From positions 1 to 35,495 of IMG/VR virus record IMGVR_UViG_3300017544_000281: a stretch of DNA of 35,495 bases, one strand, 5' to 3'. Shown here piece after piece: positions 34,513 to 35,495 of the stretch. This DNA is from a virus (taxonomy: Duplodnaviria; Caudoviricetes). A program made the position numbers and the translations under genes. A model generated the notes under the pieces. It made no database searches. It had not been told where the DNA came from and saw only the letters and a program-made list of their open reading frames with translations. The first letter of the stretch is position 1. Every line of letters begins with the position of its first letter.

Positions 34513-35495
34513 CAATAGCCCTCGATCTGCGGTGTCAGCTCATAGGTCGGAGATTCAGCATCCGAGTTGGACGGAGGTCCACTGTTTTCAGCCTCCTCCC
34601 ATTCTGCGTAGGTTCTGCCATCCGGCAATCGCCATAGGATCCGGCCATTCGCTGCGGCTCCGGTCACGGTGGCTGCAGCGGCCGAAACCGATGAAAAGAT
34701 ATAGTCCGAGGTGAACAGAAGGCCGTCGTTCTGTTCCACCAGAATGCCCTTGGCGAGCAGATCGGAGCGCAAGGCCACAGTCCCCTTGGGGATCGTGTTC
34801 GTCGTTTTGATCCGGGCAACAGATCCCTTCTTCACCACGAATTCGCTGCTGGCCGTAATCGACATCTGCGCGGCAAAGCCCTGGCCGCGGAAGTTGAAAA
34901 CAACCTGTGGCGCTGTTGCCGAAGCCGGGATTTCTAGCTTGTTTCCGTTGGTCAAATCGCCCGAGACGACCTTGAACAGATCACAGCCAAGAGCGCCAAC
35001 CAGCGTCTTTGTCTGGTCGATGAACTCTTCCATGGCTGCACGGTCCGGCAGCGGTAGCTTGCCGACCTCGCTTGCCTTCTGGGAATTGAGCAGGGTCCAA
35101 CGTGGGTTGAGCCCTGCATCCGCGATCAGCCTAGCTTCAACATAGCGGGCATGGGATTTGGTGAGGTTTTCGTCCTTGCTGATCAAGACAATGGTCTCGG
35201 TCCAAAAGGGCTTGCTATCCACGCCCTTGTCATTCCCGGCATGATATTGCAGCCGATTGGCCACGCCCTCGGATTCGCCGATATAGGCCATGAGGCGATC
35301 TGGTTGCGCCTCATCGAAGCCTAGCAAAAGGTAAACGCCCGGCCGCGCCAGTTCAGGGAACGTGGCCCGCACCTGCTTCATCTGCAGTTTTCGGAACGCG
35401 ATCGCCTGGATCGTGGACATAGAGATCTGGGCGACCCTGATGCTGTCCGGATCGCCATCGAGCAGGAAGATGTTGATGGAGCGGGGTCTCATCAT
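34512..35495 (-). CDS. GIY-YIG nuclease fused to a DUF4357 (RAMA-like) domain
   Basis: GVYLL...AYIGE....NRL.YH, YVEARLI; C-terminal FTSDYIFSSVSAAA..VTG...NG...W. Confidence 0.85.
   Translation of the reverse strand: MMRPRSINIFLLDGDPDSIRVAQISMSTIQAIAFRKLQMKQVRATFPELARPGVYLLLGFDEAQPDRLMAYIGESEGVANRLQYHAGNDKGVDSKPFWTETIVLISKDENLTKSHARYVEARLIADAGLNPRWTLLNSQKASEVGKLPLPDRAAMEEFIDQTKTLVGALGCDLFKVVSGDLTNGNKLEIPASATAPQVVFNFRGQGFAAQMSITASSEFVVKKGSVARIKTTNTIPKGTVALRSDLLAKGILVEQNDGLLFTSDYIFSSVSAAAATVTGAAANGRILWRLPDGRTYAEWEEAENSGPPSNSDAESPTYELTPQIEGY

Larger units (their letters stand above)
122..35495. mobile_element. HK97-like siphovirus prophage integrated at tRNA-Ser; right end probably beyond the window
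   Basis: Recombinase, immunity, replication, packaging, head, tail and lysis modules in canonical order next to a tRNA; no second tRNA-fragment att copy seen. Confidence 0.9.

Noticed and set aside
33900-35495. Search for attR (repeat of the tRNA 3' end)
   Set aside because: No copy of the tRNA 3' sequence found by eye; probably outside the window.

Overview
GC-rich window, probably alphaproteobacterial (Sphingomonadales-like; inferred from gene families and regulatory motifs). It holds a near-complete HK97-type siphovirus prophage inserted just downstream of a tRNA-Ser(GGA) gene. Order: tRNA-Ser, a structured att-flank region, a two-gene CBASS (CapV-like patatin plus a CD-NTase with a C-terminal AGS-C-like domain), a large serine recombinase module with DUF2924, a cI/cro switch, replication/recombination genes, a late promoter, HNH/cos, DNA methyltransferase and nuclease morons, terS, a HEPN-like moron flanked by a 106-bp duplication, terL, head, tail (with a -1 frameshift chaperone), fibres, lysis genes, and a convergent cargo operon (GIY-YIG/DUF4357 plus a small HTH protein) that runs off the window. 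The main leads are: (1) a perfect alphaproteobacterial LexA box on the CBASS -10 element, suggesting an SOS-inducible CBASS inside an SOS-inducible prophage; (2) an Rx4H HEPN-like gene inserted between terS and terL through duplication of their overlap, which makes it precisely excisable; (3) a readable operator network linking the repressor to the recombinase promoter. All family calls come from motif recognition by eye, with no database searches. The right att site is not visible.
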